A DNA stretch of 64,000 bases from Candidatus Spongiisociaceae bacterium (GCA_965219685.1 CBDCOH010000002.1:2240001-2304000), one strand, 5' to 3'. Counted from the stretch's first letter, positions 49,463 to 60,016 are shown. The notes: generated by a model not told the origin, from the sequence alone. Made by a program: numbers and translations.

Positions 49463-50092
49463 TCACTCCGGTCCGAGGGCAAGGAGGTTCGTGGGGAGCT
49501 GCACCCGACCGGCTAGAGCCATCAACAGATCCTGGGCCCGTCCCGATTGCACCGCGATCTCGGTCGACAGGCCCAGCGCAATCGACAAGGCCGGCTCGGG
49601 CACCCGGACGAACCCGCCCACCGCCGCGGCGAGGTCGAGGGTATGCACCACCAACTCGAAAGTCCTAGTCGGCAGGTAATCGGCGAGGCGCATCTCGCCC
49701 ACCGGCGTACCAACCGGGTGATCGTCGGGCAGCGCATCCACGAAGCGGCACACACCATCCACGATTCCGGCCACAGCGGAGGGCGGATCGTCGCCCAGCG
49801 CGGCGGCCGCGTCCGTGCCGCGTTCGGCGATGGCGTCGTGGATGCTCCCGTCCCTCAACACCTCGCGGAAGTACTCCGCCGGCCCTACCAGCCGATCCGG
49901 GGCGCCGTCGCCACCGTCCGCGTTGTTCTGCACGGTGAGGAGAGCGCGGCAGGTGTGGCCTACCAACTCACGGACGCTCCACACCCCCAGCCCCGGACCG
50001 TCCAGCGCATCCGGCGGCACCCGGCGCACCGTATCGACGAAGACGGCCCCGGCCTCGCGGAAGGCTCTTCGATTCTGATCGATTTCCAACAT
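49463..50092 (-). CDS. mycothiol-dependent maleylpyruvate isomerase N-terminal (DinB superfamily) protein
   Basis: WSVRELVGH and ELVVHTLDL. Confidence 0.8.
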   Translation of the reverse strand: MLEIDQNRRAFREAGAVFVDTVRRVPPDALDGPGLGVWSVRELVGHTCRALLTVQNNADGGDGAPDRLVGPAEYFREVLRDGSIHDAIAERGTDAAAALGDDPPSAVAGIVDGVCRFVDALPDDHPVGTPVGEMRLADYLPTRTFELVVHTLDLAAAVGGFVRVPEPALSIALGLSTEIAVQSGRAQDLLMALAGRVQLPTNLLALGPE

Positions 50093-50130
50093 GGAACCCC
50101 TCCGACGCCATCATAATCGGGGCGTACCGG

Positions 50131-51018
50131 TCACCCGCTGATCGTGGTCAGGATCACTCCTAGAACCGTAAGCACAGCTCCCAAGACGATCTTCCACGTC
50201 AAAAGCTCCAGGTCGCGGAGGAAGAGGGCGGAAAGCACCACCACGGCGAGCGGTTGGGCCATGATGATCGGTCCCACCACCGACACGTCTCCCGATCCCA
50301 GCGCCCGGAACGCCGACAGCACTCCCAGACCTGCCAGCACGCCGGTCACCAGGAACCACGGCCATCCCGGACCTGGCCTGGCAAGATTCCGGATCCGCGG
50401 TACCGACACGATGACAAGAGCCCAGACCATGATGATCGTCACGTTCCCGACCAGAGCGCCGAAGGCCGCGTGCGGGACCTCGACCAGACCCAGCTTGCGC
50501 ACGATGTCGGAGGTGGCGAAGGCGACACCACCGGAGACGGGCAGCAGGTACACCCACCGGCTGCCACGAGTTCCCGAACCTGCGGAGCCCGCGACTGCGG
50601 GCGGGCCTTCACCCCCGACCAATGCCCAGATGCCGGCCACGATCAACGCCGCCCCTAGGACACGCAGTGCGGTAACGGTCTCGGAGAACAGGAACACACC
50701 ACCCACGAGGGCCAGCACCGGGTAGGAGGCCGTCTGGATCGGAGTCGCCGTCGACGGACCGATACGCTGCACCGCCAGGATGAACGACGTGCGTCCCACA
50801 CCTTCACCGATGAACCCGGCCAACATGAACAGGCCCACTCCCCTGGGCGATACCGACTCCGGCAGGTCGAACACCGCGAACCCCAGCATCACCAGCGCCC
50901 CGACCGGCAGGGACATGATCAGCGCGGTGACGATGCTGTTGTGCTGCATTCCCCGCTTCGCGGTGATTCCTACCGCGGCGAAGAAGCAGGCCGCGGCCAG
51001 GGCGAAGAAGACTGACAT
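50131..51018 (-). CDS. DMT/EamA transporter
   Basis: About ten hydrophobic helices in two EamA repeats. Confidence 0.88.
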   Translation of the reverse strand: MSVFFALAAACFFAAVGITAKRGMQHNSIVTALIMSLPVGALVMLGFAVFDLPESVSPRGVGLFMLAGFIGEGVGRTSFILAVQRIGPSTATPIQTASYPVLALVGGVFLFSETVTALRVLGAALIVAGIWALVGGEGPPAVAGSAGSGTRGSRWVYLLPVSGGVAFATSDIVRKLGLVEVPHAAFGALVGNVTIIMVWALVIVSVPRIRNLARPGPGWPWFLVTGVLAGLGVLSAFRALGSGDVSVVGPIIMAQPLAVVVLSALFLRDLELLTWKIVLGAVLTVLGVILTTISG

Positions 51019-51024
51019 CGCTAC

Positions 51025-52008
51025 CTACTCCTGCCCGCGCCCGTGGCGCAGGGTGGCGAGCGCGTCGAGGGTCTCCGCGTCGAACGGAGGAGGCCAGTCG
51101 AACACCACCTGCGCGACCCCGGCGTCGGCGTAACGGGCCAGGGTCTCGGCAACCTGCCCGAGCGGGCCCACCACTCCCGACTCCGCGACCGTTATGCGAG
51201 CCCCATCGAGCGGCATCCCGTGCCCGACCAGTGTGGCCATGAGCGTGTCCACCGCCTCGGACCTGCTCTCCCTCACTAGAGGCGGCGGAAGACCGACGGT
51301 TCGGAGGATCTCGGACGGATTCCTTCCCGCTGCCCGGCACAGCCGGTCGATGGAGGCGTTCTTGCGGGCAATCTCGCCGGGCGTCCCCTCCCCGTTCCAC
51401 CAGTCCGCGTATCGAGCCACCACCGGCAGCGTACGGCGCTCCCCGCTTCCCCCTACCAGCAGCGGGAGGCGGTGCTGGAGGGGAGCCGGATCGTTGCGGG
51501 CGGACAGCATACTGACCCAGCGGCCATCCATCGTCACAGTTTCGCCGTCCAGGAGGCGCCTCACCGCGATGACGGTCTCCTCCATGCGGTCCAGCCTCCC
51601 GACCACCGGCGGGTACTCGTAGCCGAAGCCGATGTGATCCCGTTCGTACCATCCCGCTCCGAGCCCAAGCACCAACCTTCCTCCGGATGCATGGTCGAGA
51701 GTCGACGCCATCTTGACCAGGAGTCCCGGATTGCGGTAACCCGCAGACGACACCATACATCCGAGCCTGATCATCCGGGTGCGTGCCACGAACCCGGCCA
51801 GGGTCATCCAGCCCTCGAAGATCGGACCGTCGAGACGCGGGTTGACATCTAACTCGTAGCCGGCGATCGGAAAGAAGTGATCGTTGCTCCATAGGCTGTC
51901 GAAGCCCCGCTCTTCGATGGCTGCGGCCGCGTCCATGAGGTCCCCCCAGGCGACATTCTGCGCCCACACCTGGAACCCGATCTGGAGTGAGGCCTCCCGT
52001 CCGGACAT
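51025..52008 (-). CDS. LLM-class F420-dependent oxidoreductase
   Basis: FDSLWSNDHF, LDHASGGRLVLGLGAGW, GGSGERRT; TGATG overlap with the upstream gene. Confidence 0.88.
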   Translation of the reverse strand: MSGREASLQIGFQVWAQNVAWGDLMDAAAAIEERGFDSLWSNDHFFPIAGYELDVNPRLDGPIFEGWMTLAGFVARTRMIRLGCMVSSAGYRNPGLLVKMASTLDHASGGRLVLGLGAGWYERDHIGFGYEYPPVVGRLDRMEETVIAVRRLLDGETVTMDGRWVSMLSARNDPAPLQHRLPLLVGGSGERRTLPVVARYADWWNGEGTPGEIARKNASIDRLCRAAGRNPSEILRTVGLPPPLVRESRSEAVDTLMATLVGHGMPLDGARITVAESGVVGPLGQVAETLARYADAGVAQVVFDWPPPFDAETLDALATLRHGRGQE

Positions 52009-53234
52009 CAGAGGTGCCGGCTCGCCACGGCTCCGATCCGCTCCGCCAGACGCCGCGCATCGTTCTCGCCGGCTTTCATTCCGAGTCCCAGGGGCGCCAG
52101 ATTCGGATCGACCACCCCGATCCCGATGCTCATCGACCGCCCAAGGAGGGCGTCGGTGCGCGGTAGCATCCCCTGCCGGTACGGGACCGGCCGGTCGTCG
52201 GTGCCGGAACACTCGAACGGGCAGCCCGCTCCGGTAACGGTCCGGGCCTCCAGGAGATGCTCCATGTGCGTGTACACATGCCATCCGGACTCGGCGAGCG
52301 TGATGGAACCGAGCTCAGCAGCCACCCGCGTTGCCACCTCGGAGGAAGGGAAGACGACCACCAGGTGCGTCGCCAGGTCGCCCTCGGGATCGGGCCGGTC
52401 GCCGAAGCCGACTCCCGGGATCGCGCCGAGTATCTCGCTGACCACATCCCGGTTCCGTCGGAGATGGGCGACGATGCGGTCCAGCCTGCGGAGTTGGGCC
52501 ACCAGCACCGCTCCCTGTAGCTCGACCATCCGGAAGTTGAGCCCGAGCAGGGGCCTCCTACCCACCTCGACCCCGGTCCGATGAGGGCTATGGCCCTGAT
52601 CATGCATCGCGAAGCAACGTCGGTACAGCGCCTCGTCGTCGGTGACGAGCATGCCGCCGTCTCCGCAGGTGATGGTCTTGTAGATGTTGAAGCTGAACGC
52701 TCCCACCCTCCCATGGCCCCCAAGCCACCTTCCCTCGTAGCTGGCGCCGAACGCCTGGGCGGCGTCCTCGATCAGGGCCACGCCATGACGGTCGGCCACC
52801 TCTTTCAACTCCCGCAGTCGGGCGGGGTTCCCGAGCATGTGCACCGCGACGATGGCCCTGGTCCGGGGGCCGATCCGGGACTCGACATCGGCCGGATCCA
52901 GGTTGAAACTCCGGTCGACCTCGGCCGGCACGGGACGCGCCCTGGCATAGACCACCGCCGACATGGAGGCTACGAACGTGAATCCCGGGACTATCACGTC
53001 GTCCCCGGGTCCCACCCCGAGACCGACCAAGGCCAGGTACAGCGCGCTCGTACCCGAGTTCACACCAAGGGCATACCTGACACCGACCCGCTCCGCCACC
53101 CGCCGCTCGAAGAGACGGACCTTGGCCGGGAACCCCTCGTCCGGGCCGTACCGGGCCAGTTGCCTGCTCTCTAGGACCTCCCGAATCTCGGCGAGTTCCG
53201 CCTCGCCCACCAGTTCGAGCCCGGGGCCCGGCAT
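52008..53234 (-). CDS. DegT/DnrJ/EryC1/StrS aminotransferase
   Basis: NSGTSAL, EDAAQA, FSFNIYKTITCGDGG; GGAGG RBS. Confidence 0.92.
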   Translation of the reverse strand: MPGPGLELVGEAELAEIREVLESRQLARYGPDEGFPAKVRLFERRVAERVGVRYALGVNSGTSALYLALVGLGVGPGDDVIVPGFTFVASMSAVVYARARPVPAEVDRSFNLDPADVESRIGPRTRAIVAVHMLGNPARLRELKEVADRHGVALIEDAAQAFGASYEGRWLGGHGRVGAFSFNIYKTITCGDGGMLVTDDEALYRRCFAMHDQGHSPHRTGVEVGRRPLLGLNFRMVELQGAVLVAQLRRLDRIVAHLRRNRDVVSEILGAIPGVGFGDRPDPEGDLATHLVVVFPSSEVATRVAAELGSITLAESGWHVYTHMEHLLEARTVTGAGCPFECSGTDDRPVPYRQGMLPRTDALLGRSMSIGIGVVDPNLAPLGLGMKAGENDARRLAERIGAVASRHL

Positions 53235-53359
53235 ACTCAACCTCCCTCAGCACCCTGCAAGACCGGTCCCGTCAACACCGGCCGCGGCCCAACTCCGACC
53301 GCCGCGGGCGTCGCGGGCGCGCCCTTCACACGCCCATCCGGCCTCTCCCCGCAAGGGGG

Positions 53360-53388
53360 TTGACGATGTCACACCGCTACTGCATAGT
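53360..53388 (+). promoter_or_regulatory. sigma70-type promoter with no clear downstream ORF
   Basis: TTGACG-17 bp-CATAGT. Confidence 0.4.
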
Positions 53389-53759
53389 ACGTGTTGTCAA
53401 ACACCCGCGCGGTGCTGGATCAGACGTCATCCGACCGCCAGAGGGATCATGCTTCGGAAACCGCGCCTCCAGGGGGCGAGATGGCGCATGTCTCCGACCC
53501 AAGGCAGGTGGTGGCGGGGGTGGGCCCGACGGGCGGACCAGATGCGGGCAGTTTTCGCGACCTCGTAGCGGCGGACCGGATGACAGCAGCGGTCACGCCG
53601 GCTGCACTGTCGCTCTCCTGTGGTACGTTCCCGGCCATCTGGCCGAGGCGGGCGTCAGGACCGCGCAGGGGGCTCTCGATCTTCCCCTATTCGCAGGAGC
53701 GTTCGGCTTTGACTGCCGGCGGACCCTGCACGGCTCGGACTTGGCATGCGGGCGCTGTC

Positions 53760-56645
53760 TCAGTTGCCCGATGCCTCCACCAATTGCCCCAGCCTCCCGA
53801 CCAGGCGTGTGGCTTCGTCGACCTTGGCCTGGTAGCCACCCAGATCCCCGGATCGGAGAGCTCCGTTTGCCTCGTCCAACAGACGGTCGATCTCAACGAT
53901 CAGCGATGCCAGATCATCGCTCGGCTCGACCCGCGGCCGATCCGTCTCGTCCGGAGCGACATCGGGAACCGTCGGCGCAGCGGACTCGCCGAATATCTCG
54001 GCCAGTGCCGCGTCGAGGGTCTCCCGCATGATCGGCGGCGTCACCTCACCGAACACCACGACTACGCGTTTGAACTCCGGCAGTAGCACCCCCTCGCCCC
54101 TCAGGTAGATGGGCTGGATGAAGAGCAGGGACTCCTCGACGGGCACCACCAGCAGGTTGCCGCGGATGATCTCGGAGCCCTGCTGCCCGAGAAGGGTGAA
54201 CTGCTGCGAGATGACCGGATCCTGGTCGATCCGCGCGCTGATCTGATTCAGGCCGTTTATGAGTTCGCCCCTGGGCAACCGGTAGTCCACGATCTTGCCG
54301 TACTCGTCCGGACCGCTCTTCGCCACCATGAAGGCCGTCATGTTCTCCCGGCTGGCAGGATTGAAGCTCTGGAGGATCAGGTAGGAAAGGGCGTCCTCAC
54401 CTGGGAGCTTCATCAGCAGGTAGTAGGGCAGGCTGGGCCTCGTATCGAGCCGCAGGTTCCCGAACTGATCGACCGTGTCGCCTCGCACCAGCCCGCGGTC
54501 GGACGTGGAGGGATCCCGCGGGACCTCCCACTTGTCCTCGTCCTGGAAGAAGTCCTGCGGATCCAACTGGTGGTAGGTCGCATACATCTCGGACTGCACC
54601 CGGAACATGTCCTCGGGGTAACGGATGTGGCTCCGCACCTCCTCGTCCATCTCGGAGGCGTCGCTGAACACGTCGGGGAAGATCTTGCGGTAGGCCTGGG
54701 TGAGCGGATCCGTCCCGTCGAGCACGTACAGTTTCATCGTTCCGTCCTCGGCGTCCACCACCGCCTTGACCGAGTTGCGGATGTAGTTGAAGTCACGGGG
54801 TAGGGGCGAGCGGAGCCCGAGGCGGTCGTCGATGACCGGTTCGGAGTACGGGTAACGGTTGGTGGTCGCATAGAGATCCACGATCCACACGAGGCGACCG
54901 CCGATCAGGGCCAGGTAGGGATCGTCATCGGCATACAGGAACGGGGCCACCTGGCTGAGCCGATCGACGACGTTCCTCACCATCAGGACCTTGGACTCCG
55001 GCGTCAGTTCGGGCGAGATCAACGTGTTGAGGTCGCCGAACCTGAGCGCCATGGCCGCCCGGATCGCCAGGTTCGCCAACTGCACGCCACCCTGACCGGC
55101 GTAGGTGTTGCGGACCACCGTGTCATCCTCGCCCGACGGGAAGTCGACCTCCTGCTGTTTGGTGCCGACGATCACGTAGCTGCCCGTCTCGGCTGCCTCG
55201 CCGTAATAGATCCGCGGCTGGGCCGTCTCCAACTCGTCCACCACGGATCTGGGTGGAACATCCCTCACCAGGAAGGCCGGTTCGCCGGTGGTGGGATTGA
55301 CGTCATTGGCTCTGGAGATGACCTCGCCGAAGCCGTGGGTGTAAACGAGCTTCTCGTTCACCCACCCTTCCGCCGGGAGGTCATCCGAGTCCAGTTCGCG
55401 GGCTGCCATCATCACCTGGGTCAACGCCCCCTCGATCACGTAGCGGTCCGTGTCGACGTTGGAAATCTGGTAGTAGGGCCTTATCGCCTGGAGCTGGGAG
55501 TAGGCCGGGGCCAGAACACCCGGGTCCCAGAGCCGGACGTTGCTGATGGTGGCCTGGTTCCCTGCTATGTCCGCGGCGGTCAGATCGGGTGAAGCCGCGA
55601 AGTCCCGGATCTCCACCCGGCCTTCACCCATCCCGTAGGCGTCGAGCGTGAAATCGATGTGGTGCCTGATGTACTGGCGTTCCTTGTTGAACTGGTCGGG
55701 CTGGACCTGGAAGCGCTCGATAGCCGCCGGGATGATGCCGCCCACCACCACCGAAACCACCAACCACAATCCCGCCGCGATCGCGGGCAGCGTCCATCCC
55801 CTCCGGCGGATATTCCACAGCAGCAGTGCGGCACCGAACAGGGAGATGGCGCTCAGCAACGTGAGGGCCGGGCGGTGGGCCACGACATCGGTGTACGAGG
55901 CGCCGAAGATCGCTCCCCTGGTGGAGTACAGCAACTCGTAGCTGTCCAGCCGGTATGCGATCGCTTTGAGGATGGCGAGCGCGGCCAGCAACACGGACAG
56001 GTGGGACTTCACCTCGCCCCCGACCTCCGGCAGCCGATTCGACTGCCAGCGGATCCCTCCGTAGAGGTAGTGAAGAGCGGCGCACACCAGGATCGTCATG
56101 ACAACCAACTGGAACAGCCAACTGATCACGTCGCGGTAGACCGGAAGGTGGAACACGTAGAAGCCGATGTCACGACCGAAGACCGGATCTACTTGGCCGA
56201 ACTCGACCTCATTCAGGTAGAGGAGCACATCCTGCCACCAGGCGGAGGCACCCGCTCCCACGAGGAGCCCGAGCAGGGCGGATACGCCGATGCGAAACCA
56301 CATACGGCGGCTCGTCACCCACTGCTGGAACCGCTCGATTACCTCGTCCCCGGGACCGCCCAGCAGGAGCCGGCCGGTCGAGATGCGGTCGACCACCACC
56401 AAGTTGAGCCAGACCACCGCGCCCGCTGCGACGAAGCCGACCAATCCGAGTAGCACCTGTGAGAGCAGCACCGTGGTCCAGACGGATGTGGCCTGCACCG
56501 AGGCGTACCACAGGTAGTCGGTCCAAGCCGTGGCCACGCCGCGAAGCGCCAGGAGCAACGCCAGGACCGCCGCTATCACGAAGCCGACCAGGCGGCGGGG
56601 GCGGCGGCGGGAAGGACCGAATGATCCGGGCTCCATTCTTATCAT
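53760..56645 (-). CDS. UPF0182 family membrane protein
   Basis: DYLWY, DPVFGRDIGFYVF, GASYTDV, YTHG, NYIRNSVK. Confidence 0.95.
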   Translation of the reverse strand: MIRMEPGSFGPSRRRPRRLVGFVIAAVLALLLALRGVATAWTDYLWYASVQATSVWTTVLLSQVLLGLVGFVAAGAVVWLNLVVVDRISTGRLLLGGPGDEVIERFQQWVTSRRMWFRIGVSALLGLLVGAGASAWWQDVLLYLNEVEFGQVDPVFGRDIGFYVFHLPVYRDVISWLFQLVVMTILVCAALHYLYGGIRWQSNRLPEVGGEVKSHLSVLLAALAILKAIAYRLDSYELLYSTRGAIFGASYTDVVAHRPALTLLSAISLFGAALLLWNIRRRGWTLPAIAAGLWLVVSVVVGGIIPAAIERFQVQPDQFNKERQYIRHHIDFTLDAYGMGEGRVEIRDFAASPDLTAADIAGNQATISNVRLWDPGVLAPAYSQLQAIRPYYQISNVDTDRYVIEGALTQVMMAARELDSDDLPAEGWVNEKLVYTHGFGEVISRANDVNPTTGEPAFLVRDVPPRSVVDELETAQPRIYYGEAAETGSYVIVGTKQQEVDFPSGEDDTVVRNTYAGQGGVQLANLAIRAAMALRFGDLNTLISPELTPESKVLMVRNVVDRLSQVAPFLYADDDPYLALIGGRLVWIVDLYATTNRYPYSEPVIDDRLGLRSPLPRDFNYIRNSVKAVVDAEDGTMKLYVLDGTDPLTQAYRKIFPDVFSDASEMDEEVRSHIRYPEDMFRVQSEMYATYHQLDPQDFFQDEDKWEVPRDPSTSDRGLVRGDTVDQFGNLRLDTRPSLPYYLLMKLPGEDALSYLILQSFNPASRENMTAFMVAKSGPDEYGKIVDYRLPRGELINGLNQISARIDQDPVISQQFTLLGQQGSEIIRGNLLVVPVEESLLFIQPIYLRGEGVLLPEFKRVVVVFGEVTPPIMRETLDAALAEIFGESAAPTVPDVAPDETDRPRVEPSDDLASLIVEIDRLLDEANGALRSGDLGGYQAKVDEATRLVGRLGQLVEASGN

Positions 56646-56863
56646 TGTCTACAGGTCTCCATGGGGCGGGCCATCATGCGCCTCCCAACCACAGGGCCAG
56701 AAAGTCGCTGCGTACGGGGAGGGGTATCCCCAGCAGGAGGATAGTGCCTCAGCCGATGGACGCCCGTGGTGGTGGACACGGACCTAACGCTACTCGTCCT
56801 CTGCACCGTACGGGAGCCTTCGGAGCCGACAGGAGCGGCATCCAGCCGGAAGGACCTACCAGA

Positions 56864-58744
56864 TCAAGCCGGAACGACCATGCAGCGGCAATCGGTGTCC
56901 GCCGGGACGAGCGGGACTCCATCCGCAGCGAAGACCTCCTGCGCCAGAGCGGAGCACTCCCTACAACTCCCGTTGACCTCCACACGGTACCGTCCGACCC
57001 CGGCCGAGCTCAGGCCCTCGACCAGACCCCGGTGGTAGGAGCGCCCGGCCAAGAACCGCAAGCGGCGTTCCGCCTCATCCGTCCGCCATACCCGGTAGAC
57101 ACGGGAAAGGGCCTTGGCGACCTCCCCCTCCGGACGGCCGCCGCTCCGCGCTTCATCAACCGCCCTTGTCACGTCTTCGAGCAACCCGGCGACAAATGAC
57201 TCGATACCTTGCCCTTCAACCTCCTCACGTGGGTACGGAAGCCGGACACCCGTCAGTTCCATGGCCGACGTGTGGCCTCTTTCGAAGGCCTCTCGCTCCA
57301 TGACGGTCAGCACATGGACGAGGGGGTGGCTGAGTTCGGACACCTCCGGCGCCCAGCCCTGCAAACTTCCCTCCAGGCTCTTCAGTTGGTCGTTCTCGAT
57401 ATCGATGAGCCGGCGTTTGACTGCTCTCAAGGCCCGATTGGCAACCGGGAGGAGTTTGCGGTCATACACCTCGAGAGGGGAGCGAGTTCTCCGGGCCATT
57501 GAGTCCCCGACGCCGTCGTCGGTTGCGGCCGCCTTGTCCATACGGAGTTCCCGGAACAGCGCAGCCAGATCGTCGGGCCTTCCTTCATCCAACGTCCCGA
57601 CCGGAGCAGCCGTGACCGCCGGACTCTCGGCAGCCAATCGCCGGGACGGTCCCCCTGCCGCCACACCGACCAAGCGGACCTCGCCGGAACCCGATCCCTT
57701 CGTATCCTGCGGGACCTCACCCTCAGGAGAGTTCACGCCGTCGCCGCCCCGGCGGTTCAGCCTCGCTACCTCATCGGCCAATTCCAAGGCGTCGACCTCG
57801 ACCCTCGCCCTGACCGCCGGTGTCTCCACCAGGCGAACACTCTCCGTGCCGTCAGCCCAACCGACGGTCCGTCCCCTCCCGGCGGTCTCACTCCCGCTCA
57901 CGCCGCGACCTCCGCCGACGACCGGAATCTCGAAGGCACCGCCGAGTTCGTCCTCCTCGGGATCTGCTTCCGGCGGGGGAATGATGCGCACCGTCGAAGT
58001 CTGGCTGGGACCGTTACCCCCGACCGGACCCTCCAGCTTGGCCGAGAAGGCCTCCGCCTCGCGACGCAACTCCTCGTGGCGCTTCTCCATGGCCGAGACG
58101 TGATCATTGACGGTCTCCGCCCGGTCCTCAGCCGCCCGGAGGATCTCTCTTCCCTTGGCGCGCGCCAAGCCGAGAAGACGATCGCTCTCCGCACTCGCCG
58201 TCTGGATGGCGGTCTCGCTGTCGCGTCGAGCCACCACCAGCTTGCGGTGTGCCTTCCGTTCGGCGTCTCCTATTATCTCCAGTGCCTCGCGTTCCGCCGC
58301 GGTGCGGAGGCGAGCCGACTCGGCCTTCATCGACTCCAACGCCTCCGTCGAGGCATCCCAAGCCGACTTCCTGAGAGCAAAGGCATCCGACTCCGCCGTC
58401 GCCAGCATCTTCCGTACCTGCTCGGCCGCTTCCTCCAGCATCACTGCTGCCTCATTCTCGGCCCGCTCGCGAACCTTGCGGTAGGACCCCCTAGCCGCTT
58501 CCAGCACCTCCGCGATGTCACCGACGACCGAGTCGATGACCACGCCTATGCTCGCTTCATCCATGGCGCCGTTGCCGGAGAGGATGGAGTCCTGCTGTGC
58601 CTGGAGGAGTTCCACCTGCTCGTTCATCTGCGCGACGAACGCGCGCACCTCCATGGGGTCATATCCGAAAAGCGACCGGCTGAAGGCCAAATCCTCGCCC
58701 GGCGCGGGCGGTGTTTCCTCATTCAGCAGTGTTTCTTCACTCAT
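56864..58744 (-). CDS. DivIVA-domain coiled-coil protein with Cys-rich C-terminus
   Basis: FSRSLFGYDPMEV N-terminal motif, long Ala/Glu coiled coil, CxxC...CRC tail. Confidence 0.7.
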   Translation of the reverse strand: MSEETLLNEETPPAPGEDLAFSRSLFGYDPMEVRAFVAQMNEQVELLQAQQDSILSGNGAMDEASIGVVIDSVVGDIAEVLEAARGSYRKVRERAENEAAVMLEEAAEQVRKMLATAESDAFALRKSAWDASTEALESMKAESARLRTAAEREALEIIGDAERKAHRKLVVARRDSETAIQTASAESDRLLGLARAKGREILRAAEDRAETVNDHVSAMEKRHEELRREAEAFSAKLEGPVGGNGPSQTSTVRIIPPPEADPEEDELGGAFEIPVVGGGRGVSGSETAGRGRTVGWADGTESVRLVETPAVRARVEVDALELADEVARLNRRGGDGVNSPEGEVPQDTKGSGSGEVRLVGVAAGGPSRRLAAESPAVTAAPVGTLDEGRPDDLAALFRELRMDKAAATDDGVGDSMARRTRSPLEVYDRKLLPVANRALRAVKRRLIDIENDQLKSLEGSLQGWAPEVSELSHPLVHVLTVMEREAFERGHTSAMELTGVRLPYPREEVEGQGIESFVAGLLEDVTRAVDEARSGGRPEGEVAKALSRVYRVWRTDEAERRLRFLAGRSYHRGLVEGLSSAGVGRYRVEVNGSCRECSALAQEVFAADGVPLVPADTDCRCMVVPA

Positions 58745-58745
58745 A

Positions 58746-58798
58746 TGTGGATAACTCTACCCTGCAGGGAACGAGATTTACACAAGAACTGTGGACAA
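58746..58798. promoter_or_regulatory. cluster of three DnaA boxes
   Basis: TGTGGATAA 58746, ATTTACACA 58776 (1 mismatch), TGTGGACAA 58790. Confidence 0.7.
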
Positions 58799-58930
58799 CT
58801 CTGAAATCTCGCTCGCAGCCCCGGCAAACCGGCACCGTTACTTCGCTCGTGTTTCCGTACGGGAAGGAGCGGCCGGATGCTCGGATCCGCGCTTCGCCGT
58901 CGTGCGGAGACGCGCGGCGGAGAGCGTCCT

Positions 58931-60016
58931 TTAGGTCGCTGGAATCTCCCTGAGTATGTCGACCGCTTCGGTGATCGACGCAACCGCGTGGATCTCCACG
59001 TCGTCGCGCTTCACACTCAACGCGTCCTGGTAGTTCGGCTCGGGAACCAGGACGTGTAGGGCCCCGGCGTTCTGGGCGGCCACCACCTTCTGGCGAACCC
59101 CACCGATCGGTCCCACCCGGCCGTCGCGCGAGATGGTCCCCGTACCGGCGACGATGTTGCCTGCCACCAGATCGTCGGCTGTGAAGAGGTCGATCAGGGT
59201 GAGGGCGTACATCACCCCCGCCGATGGCCCGCCCGTACCCTCGGTGTGGATGTCGATCTCGAACGGTAGGTCCAGGGTGCGGTTGTACGTGTCGGGTACG
59301 AAACCCACCATCGGTTGTCCCGGGTTGTCGCTGTGCTCCACCAGGGTCACCGCAACGTCGATCAACTCGTCGCCGCGGCGGACCGCCAGGGTGATCGTGT
59401 CGCCCACCTTCTTGGACAGGATCGCCTCTACCGCCTCGTCGCTCATCGTTACCGCCGTGTCCGCGACCTCGACTATCACATCTCCCACCTCGAGCAGGCC
59501 GTCGGCCGGCGCCCCCTCGGCCACCGACGCCACGAGCACACCCTCCCCCGAGTACGCGACGGGAATCCCCAGGTAGTCCATCGCAACCACGATCGCCGTC
59601 AGCTTGGAGTCGTCCATCTGTCGGAGATTCTTCTTGCGGTGTTCCTCAGGAGTCACCCCCTCGGGGCGGATCTGTTCGCGGGGCACCAGGTCCACCTCCG
59701 AGTCGATCCAACCCTGGGCGAACTCGAAGGCGTTCACCTCCTGGAGGGAAACGGTGAGCATGTAGACGTCGCCGTTCAACTCGTACGTGGGTGGACCACC
59801 CTCGATGTGGACCAGGTCTGACACCTCCTCGACCGGACCCGGCCAGAGGGCGTAGTAGGGAACCCTCAGAGATCCCAACGAGAGGGATAGACCGGCGAGC
59901 AGCACCAACCCCGCCGCGGCCCACAGTGGCCCCCACACTCGCCGGATCCGGAAGGAAGGCCGCGAACGGTCCTCTCCGGACGTCGGCTCCATGGGCTCCG
60001 TCGAGGGTGTGTCCAT
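58931..60016 (-). CDS. YlbL-like PDZ / Lon-type S16 protease
   Basis: GGPSAG, AGTGTI, IGGVRQK, PDZ segment. Confidence 0.92.
   Translation of the reverse strand: MDTPSTEPMEPTSGEDRSRPSFRIRRVWGPLWAAAGLVLLAGLSLSLGSLRVPYYALWPGPVEEVSDLVHIEGGPPTYELNGDVYMLTVSLQEVNAFEFAQGWIDSEVDLVPREQIRPEGVTPEEHRKKNLRQMDDSKLTAIVVAMDYLGIPVAYSGEGVLVASVAEGAPADGLLEVGDVIVEVADTAVTMSDEAVEAILSKKVGDTITLAVRRGDELIDVAVTLVEHSDNPGQPMVGFVPDTYNRTLDLPFEIDIHTEGTGGPSAGVMYALTLIDLFTADDLVAGNIVAGTGTISRDGRVGPIGGVRQKVVAAQNAGALHVLVPEPNYQDALSVKRDDVEIHAVASITEAVDILREIPAT

Noticed and set aside
53391-54086. 231-aa plus-strand ORF and similar long antisense ORFs across the window
   Set aside because: Shadow frames typical of high-GC DNA, overlapping well-supported genes
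58746-58930. oriC
   Set aside because: Only three boxes, no AT-rich unwinding region, no dnaA or dnaN nearby
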